Made by a program: the position numbers and the translations under genes. Below, in pieces: positions 48,145-60,397 of a stretch of DNA of 64,000 bases. Location of the stretch: NCBI GenBank assembly GCA_030390025.1, contig CM059431.1, positions 110,486,001-110,550,000 of the forward strand, given 5' to 3'. This DNA comes from Squalus acanthias (Eukaryota). Positions within the stretch are counted from its first letter, which is position 1. Each line of letters opens with the position of its first letter. The notes beneath the pieces were generated by a model. That model was not told where the DNA came from and made no database searches. It was given only the letters and a program-made list of their open reading frames with translations.

Positions 48145-50470
48145 TTTTTAAAAAATTTGTTCCTCGAATCTGGGCGTCACTGGCAAGGCCAGCATTTATT
48201 ACCCATCCCTAATTGCCCTTGAGAAGGTGGTGATGAGCCGCCTTCTTGAACCGCTGCAGTCCGTGTGGTGAAGGTACTCCCACAGTGCTGTTAGGGAGGG
48301 AGTTCCAGGATTTTGACCGAGCAACGATGAAGGATCGGCGGTATACTTCCAAGTCAGGATGGTGTGTGACTTGGAGGGGAACTTGGAGGTGATGGTGTTC
48401 CCATGCGCCTGCTGCCCTTGTCCTTCTAGGTAGTGGAGGTCGCGGGTTTGGGAGGTGCTGTCAAAGAAGCCTTGGCCAGTTGCAGCAGTGCATCTTGTAC
48501 AATGGTACACACTGCAGCCACGGTACGCCGGTGGTGGAGAGAGTGAATGTTTAAGGTGGTGGATGGGGTGCCAATCAAGTGGGTTGCTTTGTCCAGGATG
48601 GTGTTGAGCTTCTTGAGTGTTGTTGGAACTGCACTTATCCAGGCAAGTGAAGAGTAATCCATCACACTCCTGACTTATGTCTTGTAGATGGTGGAAAGGC
48701 TTTGGGGAGTCAGGAGGTGAGACACTCGCCGCAGAACACTCAGCCTCTGAGCTGCTCTTGTAGCCACAGTATTTATGTGGCTGGTCCAGTTAAGTTTCTG
48801 GTCAATGGTGACCCCCCCGCCCCCACCCCCCCCACCCCCCCCAGGATGTTGATGTTGGGGGATTTGGCGATGGTAATGCCGTTGAATGTCAAAGGCGGCA
48901 GTTAGACTCTCTCTTGTTGCAGATAGTCATTGCCTGGCACTTGTATGGCACGAATATTATTTGCCACTTATCAGCCCAAGCCTGACTGTCATTCAGGTTT
49001 TGTTGCATGCGAGCATAGACTGCTTCATTATCTGAGGAGTTGCAAATGTAACTGAACACTGTGCAGTCATCAGTGAACATCCCCACTTCTGATCTTATGA
49101 TGGAGGGAAGGTCATTGATGAAGCAGCTGAAGGACACTGCCCTGAGGAACTCCTGCAGCAATATCCTGGGGATGAGATGATTGGCCTCCAACAACCACAG
49201 CCATCTTCTTTTGTGCTAGGTATGACTCCAGAGAGTTTCCCCCTGATTTCCATTGACTTCAATTTTACTAGGGTTTCTTGATGCCAAACTCGGTCAAATA
49301 CTGCCTTGATGTCAAGGGCAGTCACTCTCACCTCACCTCTGGAATTCAGCTCTTTTGTCCATGCTTGGACCAAGGCTGTAATAAGGTCGGGAGCTGAGTG
49401 GTCCTGGTGGAACCCAAACTGAGCATCGGTGAGCAGGTAATTGGTGAGTAAGTGCTGCTTGATAGCACTGTTGACGACACCTTCCATCACTCTGCTGATG
49501 ATTGAGTAGACTGATGGGGCGGTAACTGGCTGGATTGGATCTGTCCTGCTTTTTGTGGACAGGACATACCTGGGTCATTTTCCACATTGTCGGATAGATG
49601 CCAGTGTTGTAGCTGTACTGGAACAGCTCGGCTAGAGGCGCGGCTAGTTCTGGAGCACAAGTCTTCAGCACGATAGCCGGGATGTTGTCGGGGCCTATAG
49701 CCTTTGCTGTATCCAGTGCGCTCAGCTGTTTCTTGATATCACGTGGAGTGAATCGAATTGGCTGAAGACTGGCTTCTGTGATGGTGGAGACCTCAGGAGG
49801 AGGCTGATATGGATCATCCACTCGGCACTTCTGGCTGAAGATGGTTGCAAACGCTTCAGCCTTGTCTTTTGCACTCACATGCTGGGCTCCACCATCATTG
49901 AGGATGGGGATATTCATGGAGCCTCCTCCTCCCGTTAGTTGTTTAATTGTCCACCACCATTCGCGACTGGATGTGGCAGGACTGCAGAGCTTTGATCTGA
50001 TCCGTTGGTTGTGGGATCGCTTAGCTCTGTCTGTAGCATGCTGCTTCCGCTGTTTAGCATGCATGTAGTCCTGTGTTGCAGCTTCCCCAGGTTGGCACCT
50101 CATTTTTAGGTACGCTTGGTGCTGCTCCTGACATGCTCTTCTACACTCCTCATTGAACCAGGGTTGGTCCCCTGGCTTGATGGTGATGTTAGAATGAGGA
50201 ATATGCCGGGCCATGAGGTTGCAGATTGTGGTGGAATACAATTCTGCTGCTGATGGCCCACAGATGCCCAATTTTGAGCTGCTAGATCTGTTCTGAATCT
50301 ATTCCATTTAGCACGGTGGTAGTGCCACACAACACGATGGAGGGTGTCCTCAGTGTGAAGACTGGACTTTGTCTCCACAATGACTGTGCGGTGGTCACTG
50401 CTACCAATGCTGTCATGGACAGATGCATCTGCGACAGGTAGATTGGTGAGGACGAGGTCAAGTAGGTTTT
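48145..50470 (-). mobile_element. LINE family B, 5'-truncated within the endonuclease region
   Basis: ORFs 49333..50271, 49095..49490 and 48889..49194: DQPWFN, GPDNIP, YRPISLL, LDIKAVFDRVWH, MFTDD. Tail as at ~9600. Confidence 0.92.
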
Positions 50471-51524
50471 AGCGCCCCAGCACCGTAAATTCCGCGGTAG
50501 CGCCTCAACCAGGAAGCGGGGCGCTACTGGAAACGCTCCCCCTCCTTCCTGGGGCGCTACAAGTGAATTTCCCGGCGCTACGTGCAACAGCGACGCGGTA
50601 TTGCAGGCCTCCCTCCCCTGATTAAAGGGGAGGGGCCTAGCGCTGCGCACAGCGGGGCCCTGCTGGACCACCGGGGAGCGGGGTGCCAGGAAAACAGCCG
50701 GCCCTCAAGAGGAGTGCCGGGCTGAGCGATCGCGGCTGGCGCCCCGCAGGAGGAGGCCAGAGGGGGCAGGGCGCTGGCAGGCTGCCCAAAAGAAATGGTC
50801 GCCCGACACCTGCCCTTTAACTTGAGCCGCCATGGCTGCAAAAACGCCTCCTGATCCTGTCGGACATATCGTCCCCCATTTTACGCTGCTATGCCGCCCA
50901 ATTGAGGGAAGGATTCCAGAGGAAGATCGAGCTGCGATGTGCGAGGTTTTGCAGCTGCCATGCGGGACAGACGATTTGGATTGGCACACTGCTGAGGTGC
51001 AGCAGCAGTAGCTCTCGAGTTGCTGTCATAAACAGGAAGATCTAGGTTAAGCACTGTTGCAATTTGAATCTTGGTCGTGTTGCCTGGGCTGAATGTTTAA
51101 GTCGGCAATATTTCGGTAATGTTGGATTCAGTTTATAAGGGGTTAACTGCCAAGGCTGCCGGCAGTATTGTTTCTCCAAAAAATGAACCAGCAGCCTGAA
51201 ATGAGTCAATAATAGTTGCATAAAGCTAGTCAATAGGAGGATAGTTATGTAAACCTCAAACATGTCATGCTCACAAAGGTGAGCCCATGTTTATATTGAT
51301 AGTAACTTACTTCTTTATTGTTTTCCATAACTAAGAAGCATAGGGAAATTGGTTGTATTTATTGTGAAAACTGTACACTGTTCATCTATTTTTATATAAA
51401 TAAATCAGTTTATGGTTTGATGTTAAGCCTGGTCTTGAAGTGCTATTTCAATCTGCCTTCTGTAAAAAAAGGAAGATTCATGTGGCCCTGTGATACATTT
51501 CAGCAGCCGCTATATGGAGAAAGG

Positions 51525-51795
51525 CTTCTCTGTTCCCTGATTATAATCGCTCCACCATTGGCGGCCGTGCCTTCAGCTGCCGAGGTCCCAAGCTCTGGAA
51601 TTCCCTCGCTAAAACGCCCCACCTCTCTCTACCTCTTTTCCTCCTTTAAGACGCTCCTTAAAACCTCCCTCTTTGACCACCTGCCCTAATACCTCCTTAT
51701 GTGGCTCGGTGTCAAATTTTGTTTGATTATCTCTCCTGTGAAAGGCCTTGGGACGGTTCACCACGTTAAAGGCGCTATATAAATGAATGTTGTTG
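51525..51795 (+). mobile_element. L2 3' fragment
   Basis: Matches ~22605-22897. Confidence 0.8.
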
Positions 51796-52199
51796 TCACT
51801 ATCCCTGGGTCGTGCTATCAGTTAATTAGATTTGGGCAGAAAAAGGTGCACTCTGGATCATAAGGAAGGTGAGAGCTGCTTACAGCAGTGACTGAATCTG
51901 AGGGAATATCCAGCATAAAAAACCAAGACCGACGGCCCAGCCAGTCTCTGCAGTAATGTAAGGCTGGACTCTGCTGAGGAGATCTCTAATCTCATCCCGC
52001 ACATTCCCATAGTCTTTGGTCTGCGCTGTATCTGGCAGCAAAAAATGGGATTTTCTCCGCAGCCTAACAATCAGGGAAGTTGCCGTTACTGGTAGACAAC
52101 GGTTTGCTGGTTTTCTTTTTAACGTCAAAACATTTTCATGTCTTATGTCTTCTGTGAAACCTTCCGGTGTGTAAACTTGTTTAAGGCATTACTTTACAC

Positions 52200-52785
52200 A
52201 GAATTACATAGGAGATACGGCACAGAAACAGGCCATTGGGCCCAACCAGTCCATGCCGGCGTTTATGCTCCACTTGAGCCTCCTCCCATCTTCCCTTATC
52301 TAACTATCAGCAGAACCCTCTATTTCTTTCTCCCTCATATGCTTATCCAGCCTCCCCTTAAATGCATCTATACTATTCCCCTCAACCACTCCCTGTGGTA
52401 GCGAGTTCCACATTCTCACCACTCTCTGGGTAAAGAAGTTTCTTCTGAATTCCCTATTTGATTTCTTGGTGACTATCTTATATTGATGGCCTCTTGTTTT
52501 GTTCTTCCCCACAAGTGGAAACGCTCTCTCTGTCTATTCTATCAAAACCTTTCATAATTTTAAAGACCTCTATTAGGTCACCCCTCAGCCTTCTCTTTTC
52601 AAGAGAAAAGAGACCCAGCCTGTTCATCCTTTCCTGATAGGTATAACCTTGTATTTCTGGTACCATCCTTGTAAATCTTTATTGCGCCCTCTCCAGTGCC
52701 TCTATATCCTTTTAATAATATGGCAACCAGATTTGTATACAGTACTCCAAGTGTGGTCTAACCAAGGTTCGACAAGTTTAAACTT
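52200..52785 (-). mobile_element. CR1 3' fragment
   Basis: ORFs 52478..52666 and 52300..52512 encode the CR1 C-terminus. Confidence 0.88.
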
Positions 52786-53077
52786 AATTTAATGTAAAGT
52801 GATACTGAAACAGTGAAGTCACCACAGTAACAGAAGCTATAGCAACAAACACAATGGCATAGAAACAAACCTATTTAATCCTTTGTATTTCAGTGACCCG
52901 AAACATATTTCCTCCTGTTTATGTCTGTACGAGTGTCCTAATCCTATCTTTTCACTTCAGGGCCAGAATGTGAAGCCAGCCTATAATGCAGATTTATTGG
53001 TCTTGCTCGGGGCCTACATCATAGCGTCAAGTGATCTTTAGTGTCCACCTAAATCGACAGACGGAGTTAAACATTCC

Positions 53078-53615
53078 AGCCCGGATTTTATGGGGCCTAT
53101 GATGGCGTACGCACTGCGTACGCGGTCATAAGTGCCCCGCAAGTTCCGGATTTCCGCACGCATGCGCGAAAACCCGAAACTTGCGATCTGTCGAGTTTCT
53201 GCTTGACAGATCGTACATCCGCTGTAAATTCACTTCCGCTGGCGCAGTTTTGGGCTACTGCCCAGCGAATACCCACCAAACTCTTACGCCTGGTAAAAGC
53301 AGGCCTAAGGCCTTCTTTTACCAGTGTAACGGTTTACATAAATGTTAAAATAATTTTTTTTTAATGATTTAAACATTCACTTACGTTTAGGTCAATTTTA
53401 TCCTGGTTAAAAATGTTTACATTTATTTTTCAAAAAAATCAAATTTTTATTTTAAATGTTTAATTAAATAGTATTTTAATTAGTTTTGAACCTGTGATCA
53501 TTTATGTTTATTTCAGTGTTGTGAAATTGTACTTTTTAGGTGATTTCTATTGTGCTCATGGGGATTTCGTAGGTAATAGGAATCCCCCTTTGTCTTTGGT
53601 TGGCCTGGCCCAACA
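53078..53615 (+). mobile_element. Truncated MITE of the 7756-10191 family
   Basis: Shares AAGTTCCGGATTTCCGCA, AACTTGCGATCTGTC and GGTAAAAGCAGG with 7756-7950 and 9625-9760. No right TIR seen. Confidence 0.6.
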
Positions 53616-54409
53616 CTTGAACTGCACGCCAGATGATGTGCTGGAGTGGGGCTTGAATTCACAACCTTCTAGCTCCTCGGGTAAGAGTGCTATCTCTGTG
53701 CCAAACTGTCAATATGCTGCAGCTCGTAGGCAGAGCTGAAGATCGCTCCTTCTTTTTGCTGTGCGGTTGTGATTAAATGTCTTGTGTGACGAGATAAACC
53801 CCTCCGTCTACCTCGGTGTGCAAGTTTGTTGTTTGCACTCTTTGTCGCTGAGCCCGGAGGTTGTGGGCTCAAGTCCCACTCCAGGATGTAAAAACATAGC
53901 CTGGGTGGCTCTGCTCCCCAGAACAGTGAAATATAACATTTTATAAAGCAGCAAAAATAAGATAGTGCGATGAAGTCCAGAACACAAAACAGATATGTTC
54001 ATTAACCTGCTTCCTTGTAAATTGAAAAAGAAGGTCTTGCTGTGTAACCCTTTGCTATGGTACAATATTCCTACCATAAAGAGTTAATAAAAATCACAAG
54101 AGACCAAACTTGTAGTCTTTGAGTGAGCAAAGCAATAAATCTGCTTACACATCATTGAAACTATTGCTTAATTTCTTCCAGTCATCTGGCCATCAAAGCT
54201 GAAGTGATTTAAATCATCAATTCTCTTACCAGTACAACTATAGCCGCAGGTAAAATGTAGACTGGAAATGCTAATGATTTCTGGAACCACAAATGAGAAA
54301 ACCGATGATGTGGCACTCTGGGAGTTAATGTATTAAAACAAGCATTATTTGTAATATATATATATTTTTATAATTGAAGCAGTGATAAGATGATGAAATA
54401 TTGATTCTA

Positions 54410-54755
54410 GGTTGCCACTTCAGTGCAGTACTCAGGGAGTGCTGCACTGTCAAAGTCCTGTATATCAGATGAGACATTAAACCGAGGCCACGTCTGCACC
54501 CCCCCCACCCCCCTCCCCCTCAGTTGGACGTAAAAGATCCCCTGCCACTATTTCGAAGAGGAGCACGGGTGTTCTGACCAATATTTATCCCTCAACCAAT
54601 ATCACTAAAACAAGTTATCTGGTTATTATCACATTCCTGGGGACCTTGTGTGCAAATTGGCTGTTCTCTACATTACAACAGCGACTACACTTCAAAAGTA
54701 AAGCGCTTTGGGATGTCCCGAGGTCATGACAGGTGCTGTATAAATGCAAATCTTC
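54410..54755 (+). mobile_element. DeuSINE (SacSINE1-like), headless
   Basis: Core and tail match ~35640-35990. Confidence 0.8.
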
Positions 54756-54854
54756 CTCCCTTCCTTGACTGTATGACATTACAGCATACGATCACATGTT
54801 CACATTAAAAAAAGCTATTTAGTCCTGCGTATATGTGCATTAAGAAAAATCCTA

Positions 54855-55195
54855 GGCCCTTCAGCCCCTTGAACCTGCTCCTCCATCCAATTAGATCATG
54901 GCTGATCTGTCCCTCAACTCCATTTACCTGCTTTAGCTCCACATCCCTTGATACCCTTACTTAACAAACATCTATCGATCTCAGTCTTGAAAGCTCCAAT
55001 TGACCCAGCATCCACAGCCTTTTGCGGGAGAGAGTTCCAGGTTTTTACAACCCTTTCTGTGGAAAAAAGTTGTCCCTGATTTCCCTCCTAAATGGACTAG
55101 CTCTAATTTTAAGATTATATCCCTTAGTTCTTGATTCCCCCACCAGAAGAAACGGTTTCTCTGTACCTACCTTACTGAACCCTTCTTACATTTTA
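54855..55195 (-). mobile_element. CR1 3' fragment
   Basis: Similar to 4495-4850. Confidence 0.75.
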
Positions 55196-55504
55196 AACCC
55201 ATTTCCTTTAAGAAAATCACATGCTCACCATTCATAAGCCACATTCTATTGATCCAACAACAACAACAACAACAAAAGCATTTATGTAGCGCCTTTAATG
55301 TAGTAAAACATCTCGAGGCGCGTCACAGGAGCGTTACCAAACAAAATTTGATCCAGTTTGAAACATCTGTATCCCCAGTCGTTTGGGTAGGTATCAGTCT
55401 GTGAAGTCCATTTTTTTTTCAAATGGACAATGGAGGTGTTCTCCATCAACATCTCACATTCCACTGATGGTGTTTTTGGCACCTGGACTCAGACTAAGCA
55501 AGTA

Positions 55505-55872
55505 CAATTATGAGGGGTTTCGATAGAGTAGATAGGGAGAAACTGTTTCAACTGGCAGGAGGATCGGTAACCAGAGGACACAGATTAAAGATAATCATCA
55601 AAAAAGCCAAGGGGGGGGGTGGGGGGGGGGGGGAGGAGAAATTCTTTTACTCAGTGAGTTTTTATGATCTGGAATGCACTGCTTGAAAGGGCGGTGGAAG
55701 CAGATTCAATAGTAACTTTCAAAAGGTAATTGGATATATCATTTTAAAAAGGAAAAATTTGCAGGGCTATGGGGAAAGAGCAGGGGAGCGGGGACTAATT
55801 GGTAGATCTCCCAGAGAGCTGGCACAGGCACGATGGGCTGAATGGGATCCTCCTGTGCTGCACAAATCTATG
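55505..55872 (+). mobile_element. CR1 3' fragment with an expanded poly-G run
   Basis: Similar to ~32080-32440. Confidence 0.75.
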
Positions 55873-57282
55873 AAAACCAATCCATCCCAATTTTTAAAAT
55901 CATCTTTCGGAGTGAAGTTTAGGAGCTGCTAAATCCAGACAGTTCTGTGTGCTTTTCTCGTATTAAGTTCCAAAGGAGGTCAGAGATTCATGTAGCCTGA
56001 AGTGGGGCTTTAATAGCCCGAGTTTCTCAAGTAATGGTTAACTGCTTTTGAACGTGTACATGTAAGGGCTGGAGCTCCGGGCACTCGCACTATCTGGCAG
56101 AAAGTGCCACAGGCAGATCAAGCTGCAGCACAGCCGCGACTTGCAATATGCAAAATATATCAACTTTACGTGAGACCAACAAACTAACCTCCTGAAAAAA
56201 GGATTTGAATCTTGTCCCTGCAAGTTCACGAGTATGATTTAATCCCGCAGTTATGCTGAAGCATTTTCAGACCAGTTGCATTGTTCCATGTAAACACTCT
56301 GACGGCTTACCCAAGTGAAAGTTTGCCGAAACCATTTGAGATGGACTAAAACATAAAATTCTGACCCCAGAATAAGGCTGCACAATAGCCTAATCAAGCA
56401 TTTGCTTGTAAAATACTAACTCAGCTGAAGCACAAAATCTACCCTCGTTATGAGTTCAGAAAACAATTTTTAAAATGCCACAAGGTGCATCGTCATCAGA
56501 TTGTGGGTTATCACATGATGTGTTTCTGAGGCGGTGGCACGGACACATTCCAGTTTTCAGTCTCAGCTCGGGGTCGCCCACTCTGATTGGGTGTATTCCT
56601 GGAGGTTTCATCACATGACCTCCCTCCTCCAACTGCCCCGCCCCCCCCCCACCCCCCCTGCCATTGGTTGCCCGACACGTCCATCGTCGCGGCACACCGC
56701 CTCTCTACACCAATTGGAAAGCGAACAGACTCTTCGGCCGGAATTTTCTGGGGTCCGTGTGGGCACGATCGGCGGCGGGTCGGGTGGGAAATTTGAAATA
56801 TCTTGCAGCGGGTCAGGAACCCGCCGTCATCCCGCCCCCATGCGTCTTTCCCTCGGGCGCGTTTGCCGGCGAGGCAGTGACTCAAACGGCAGAGGCGGGC
56901 GAGCTCATTTAAATCATTATTAGGTACTTGTCAGACTCGAGAGTCTTTTTAACCCTACCTTTCAAATTTCATCGGATGACCACGGGAATCACGCAGCTCA
57001 GGAATCACATCTGTCAACCTAATGTGAAGGCTGAGTGGCCATTGATTCATCTGATTAGTGCACAGCATGGAAAGTACAATATAAACTCCCACCTCACAGC
57101 TGATCACTTTCCTCAGGCAGATGCTGTTGCTGACTGCATTGCTAGCACAGATTTAGCTTTTTAGAGGCTGCAAGTGTTTCCAGCAACGTCGCCATCCAGT
57201 CTCACCTCATTGTTAGAACCCATCACATCATTGACAGATTGCTTCTGTCATCTCTACTTGACCTGCCATCTATTCCATCAGC

Positions 57283-58541
57283 ATGGGTGCTGTTTACACT
57301 CTCTCACCTTGGTCCTCTGAATCGGACCACGATGAGCCCCAACACCAGCAGCACCAGGCACACCAGCAGCACCAACAATAACACCACCAACCTTCTCCTC
57401 AACCACCTGATGCTGCACAGGACAGAGGGCATCAGCGCAGGGCTGCACCGTGCCGGAGGCGGTACCCCCAACACAGGGTATATAGGCAGAGGATGAGCTT
57501 CCTCAACATGACTGAGCAGCAGTGCCAAAGGAGGCTCAGGCTATCGCGCCAGGTCGTCACAGACATTTGCAGATTGCTGGAACAAGACCTGCAGCCCAGA
57601 GGAAGGGGTGGATACTCCTTACCAGTGGCTGTCAAACTCACCCTTGTCCTTAACTTCTTCGCCTCAATCTCTTTGCAGGGATCTGCAGCAGACATTTGCA
57701 GCATCTCGCAGTCAGCCGCCCACAGATGCATCACACAGATCACTGATGCCCTGTTTGACAAGTCAGCCAATTATATCAACTTTGCCACTGATGAAGGCAA
57801 TGTTACTGAGCGGGTGCTCGGCTTTGCCGCTCTGACTGGCTTCCCATGGGTGCAGGGCTGGCTGGTTGGCTTCCCACAGGCACACATTGCCATCAGGGCA
57901 CCCAATCATAACCCAGGAGTGTTTGTCAACCGCAAGGGCTTCCATTCCCTCAATGTGCAGCTCATCTGCAACCAGTCTACAACCATAGGAAGATCATCAT
58001 GCATGTGTGCGTCAAATTCCCTGGCAGCTGTCATGACTCTTTCGTCCTGCACCAGTCCACCCTCCCTCAGCTCTTCGCTCCTCCAAACAGACTTTCCAGC
58101 TGGTTGCTTGGAGACAAGGGCTATCCACTGGAGATGTGGCTCATGACACCCTTGAGGAGGCCAAGTACTGAGGCCCAGGAGGGATATAATGAAAGCCACA
58201 TTTCCACTAGATGTGTCATAGAGCAGACAATAGGCATGCTGAAAATGTGCTTCAGATGCCTTGACAGATCTGGAGGAGCCCTTCAGTACGCACCAGCCAG
58301 GGTCACCAGAATCGTCGTGGTCTGCTGCACCCCGCACAACATAGCGCAGCAGCGAGGATTAGCGCTGCATGAGGAGCAAGGCTCTGAACGCACAGCCTCT
58401 TCAGAGGAGGAGGAGGAGCATCAGCTGGAAGATGAGGTGAAGGAGGAGCAGGAGGAACCTGAGGTCCAGGTCCCACCAGCACCCGAGCACATTGCTGCCT
58501 GTGAGGCTAGGGATGGGCACATCATGGCCAGATTTACTTAA
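57283..58541 (+). pseudogene. Harbinger DDE transposase (HARBI1-like), copy 2
   Basis: ATG 57283 is in frame with ORF 57493, with one internal TAA and a frameshift near 57975. Motifs [49 protein letters not shown] and an acidic tail. The first catalytic Asp region is disrupted. Confidence 0.92.
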
Positions 58542-58602
58542 CTTTATGCATTACACCCATATGGCTGTCACATGCTGCGCCAGGTTGGCTACCCTTGTGA
58601 AT

Positions 58603-60397
58603 CTACTTCTGTTTCATCTTTCTCTTACGCGTGCTTCAACGAGGTGCTACCCCTGTAGAGGCAGCCTGCTCACTTCCCTGCTGCGACTGCTTAGATGCTT
58701 TTGGCGGACGTCCTCTGGGTTTTGCAGGGGCAGACTCGGCCATCGCAATCCAAGGAGGCATTTGGGGCTCTGACTGAGGGGGTGGCAATGGGGGAGAAGT
58801 ATGAGCACTTGGAGAAGAGCCCCCTCTTGCATGTCCCCTCTCGCCATCATCCCTCTCATGGGCCACCAGCACTTCCCTGCTAACAAGGAGCTGGAGAGCA
58901 CCTTGCTGCACATCAGTGGAGCCACGTCTATGTTGACATCCCTCCTAGAGAGGAAGTCTATGAGCCTCTGCTATCTATTCCCATAGACAACATGTGCTCC
59001 TGCGAGTGACGCATTAGCTGCTCCATGCAGGTGACCATCCTATCCATGGAAGAGCCGACAGTCGCTATCGCCTGCGACACAGTGGTGCTCATGTTGGAGA
59101 TGGACTCCTCCATTCTCTGAACATTTGCAGACATTGCGCTTGCAAAACCAGTCAAAGCCTCCTGCACTTCTTGCTGCACCTCCAGGATCGCCCTCTTTCT
59201 GGATGGCCCCCGAGGCTCAGCGTCTGCATGCAGCTCAGCAGCGCTGGGAGCATCCTGCGCCCTCCGGCGAGGAGTCTCCACTGCCGTCCCTGTCTCCACC
59301 ATCTGCTGTTGCTCACTTGTGACTTGTGAGACACCAGGTGACAACACTACTCTATCTCACGTTGCACCCACCGAGGTGTGAGTTTCTGCGCTGGTGCTGG
59401 GTGCGCTTATGTCTGGTGATGGTGCGCCCTCAGAGGCTGGAGGCTTCTCTGAGGAGTCGTCTTCCTCTTCCTCCTGGACGAGAGGGTGGGCTCTTGATGG
59501 ATCTGTGGGAGTGTAAAGAGGTGAGTTAGATATGCCATGTGAAGAATGGGGACAGATACCATTATGCACATGATAACCATTCAGTGGCTGCTGACATCAA
59601 TGCCCATATGAGTGACTGATGTATGCCATGTAGCTGTATGAGATGTAATTCTATCACCAGGTTGCTGAGATGTCCCCCTCTCTCCATCTCCCACCTCCAG
59701 CTGCTCAGCCACCCTTGAGACTTCCAAGGCAGCCTCTTCTGCTGATGTTAGGGTGGCCAATGATGGCGTTCCATCTCTGGTTCTCTCCCTCTCCCTCTTA
59801 TTGTGGGCTCTCTTTTCCTGCAAGGAGGGAAAGAAGAGAAGGTTGAGTGAGAGTGATGGATTGAGTGTAAGGAATAGATGGGTTACATCTTTAGAGGGAG
59901 ACTATGATGGAGTGGGGTGCCAAAGCCAAGTGGCCTCCTTGTGTGTTGTTAGTTGTTATGATTGCATTAGGAGGAGGGTGAGTGTGAGGGGTGGCTAGTC
60001 AGATGGGGATGTGATAATGTAGATAGAGAGGGATGGGTGGACGTGCAAGGTATGTTGGTGTGAGTAAGGATGTGCAGGATTCGGTTTGGGAAGGCAGAGT
60101 GATGGGGATATGATGAGAGGCACAGCAGGATGAAGGTGAGTGCGGTTTTGTACTCACCTTTCCAGATCTAATGAGATCATTGAAATGTTTCCGGCACTGC
60201 ACCCAGGTCCTCCTGACAACATCCCTGCTGTTGACCTTCTCTGCAATTTGCAGCCAGGCTCTTTTGGTCTCCTGGGGAGGTCTCTTCCACCCATTAGAAG
60301 GAAAGAGGACCTCTCTGCGTGCTCGGACTCTCTCCACAAACATATGGAGGGAGTCATCGGAGAACTTGGGTGCAGCCCTCTGTCTCAGTGCATTCAT
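58603..60397 (-). pseudogene. Harbinger Myb/SANT-like gene copy 2, 3 exons (60397-60158, 59817-59658, 59502-58603)
   Basis: Exon 1 MNALRQRAAPKFSDD...KRAWLQIAEKVNS...RRTWVQCRKHFNDLIRSGK. GT-AG introns at the same positions as copy 1. Stops and frameshifts in exon 3. Confidence 0.87.

Noticed and set aside
56038..56229. Minus-strand ORF ending YMYTFKSS, resembling the KLF finger-1 motif VYTKSS
   Set aside because: No CxxxxC or HxxxH pattern, an extra residue and an immediate stop; not the penultimate KLF12 exon.
57283..58541. Possible domesticated HARBI1/NAIF1 host genes
   Set aside because: Both copies have TIRs, TSDs, stops and frameshifts, so they are decayed transposons.
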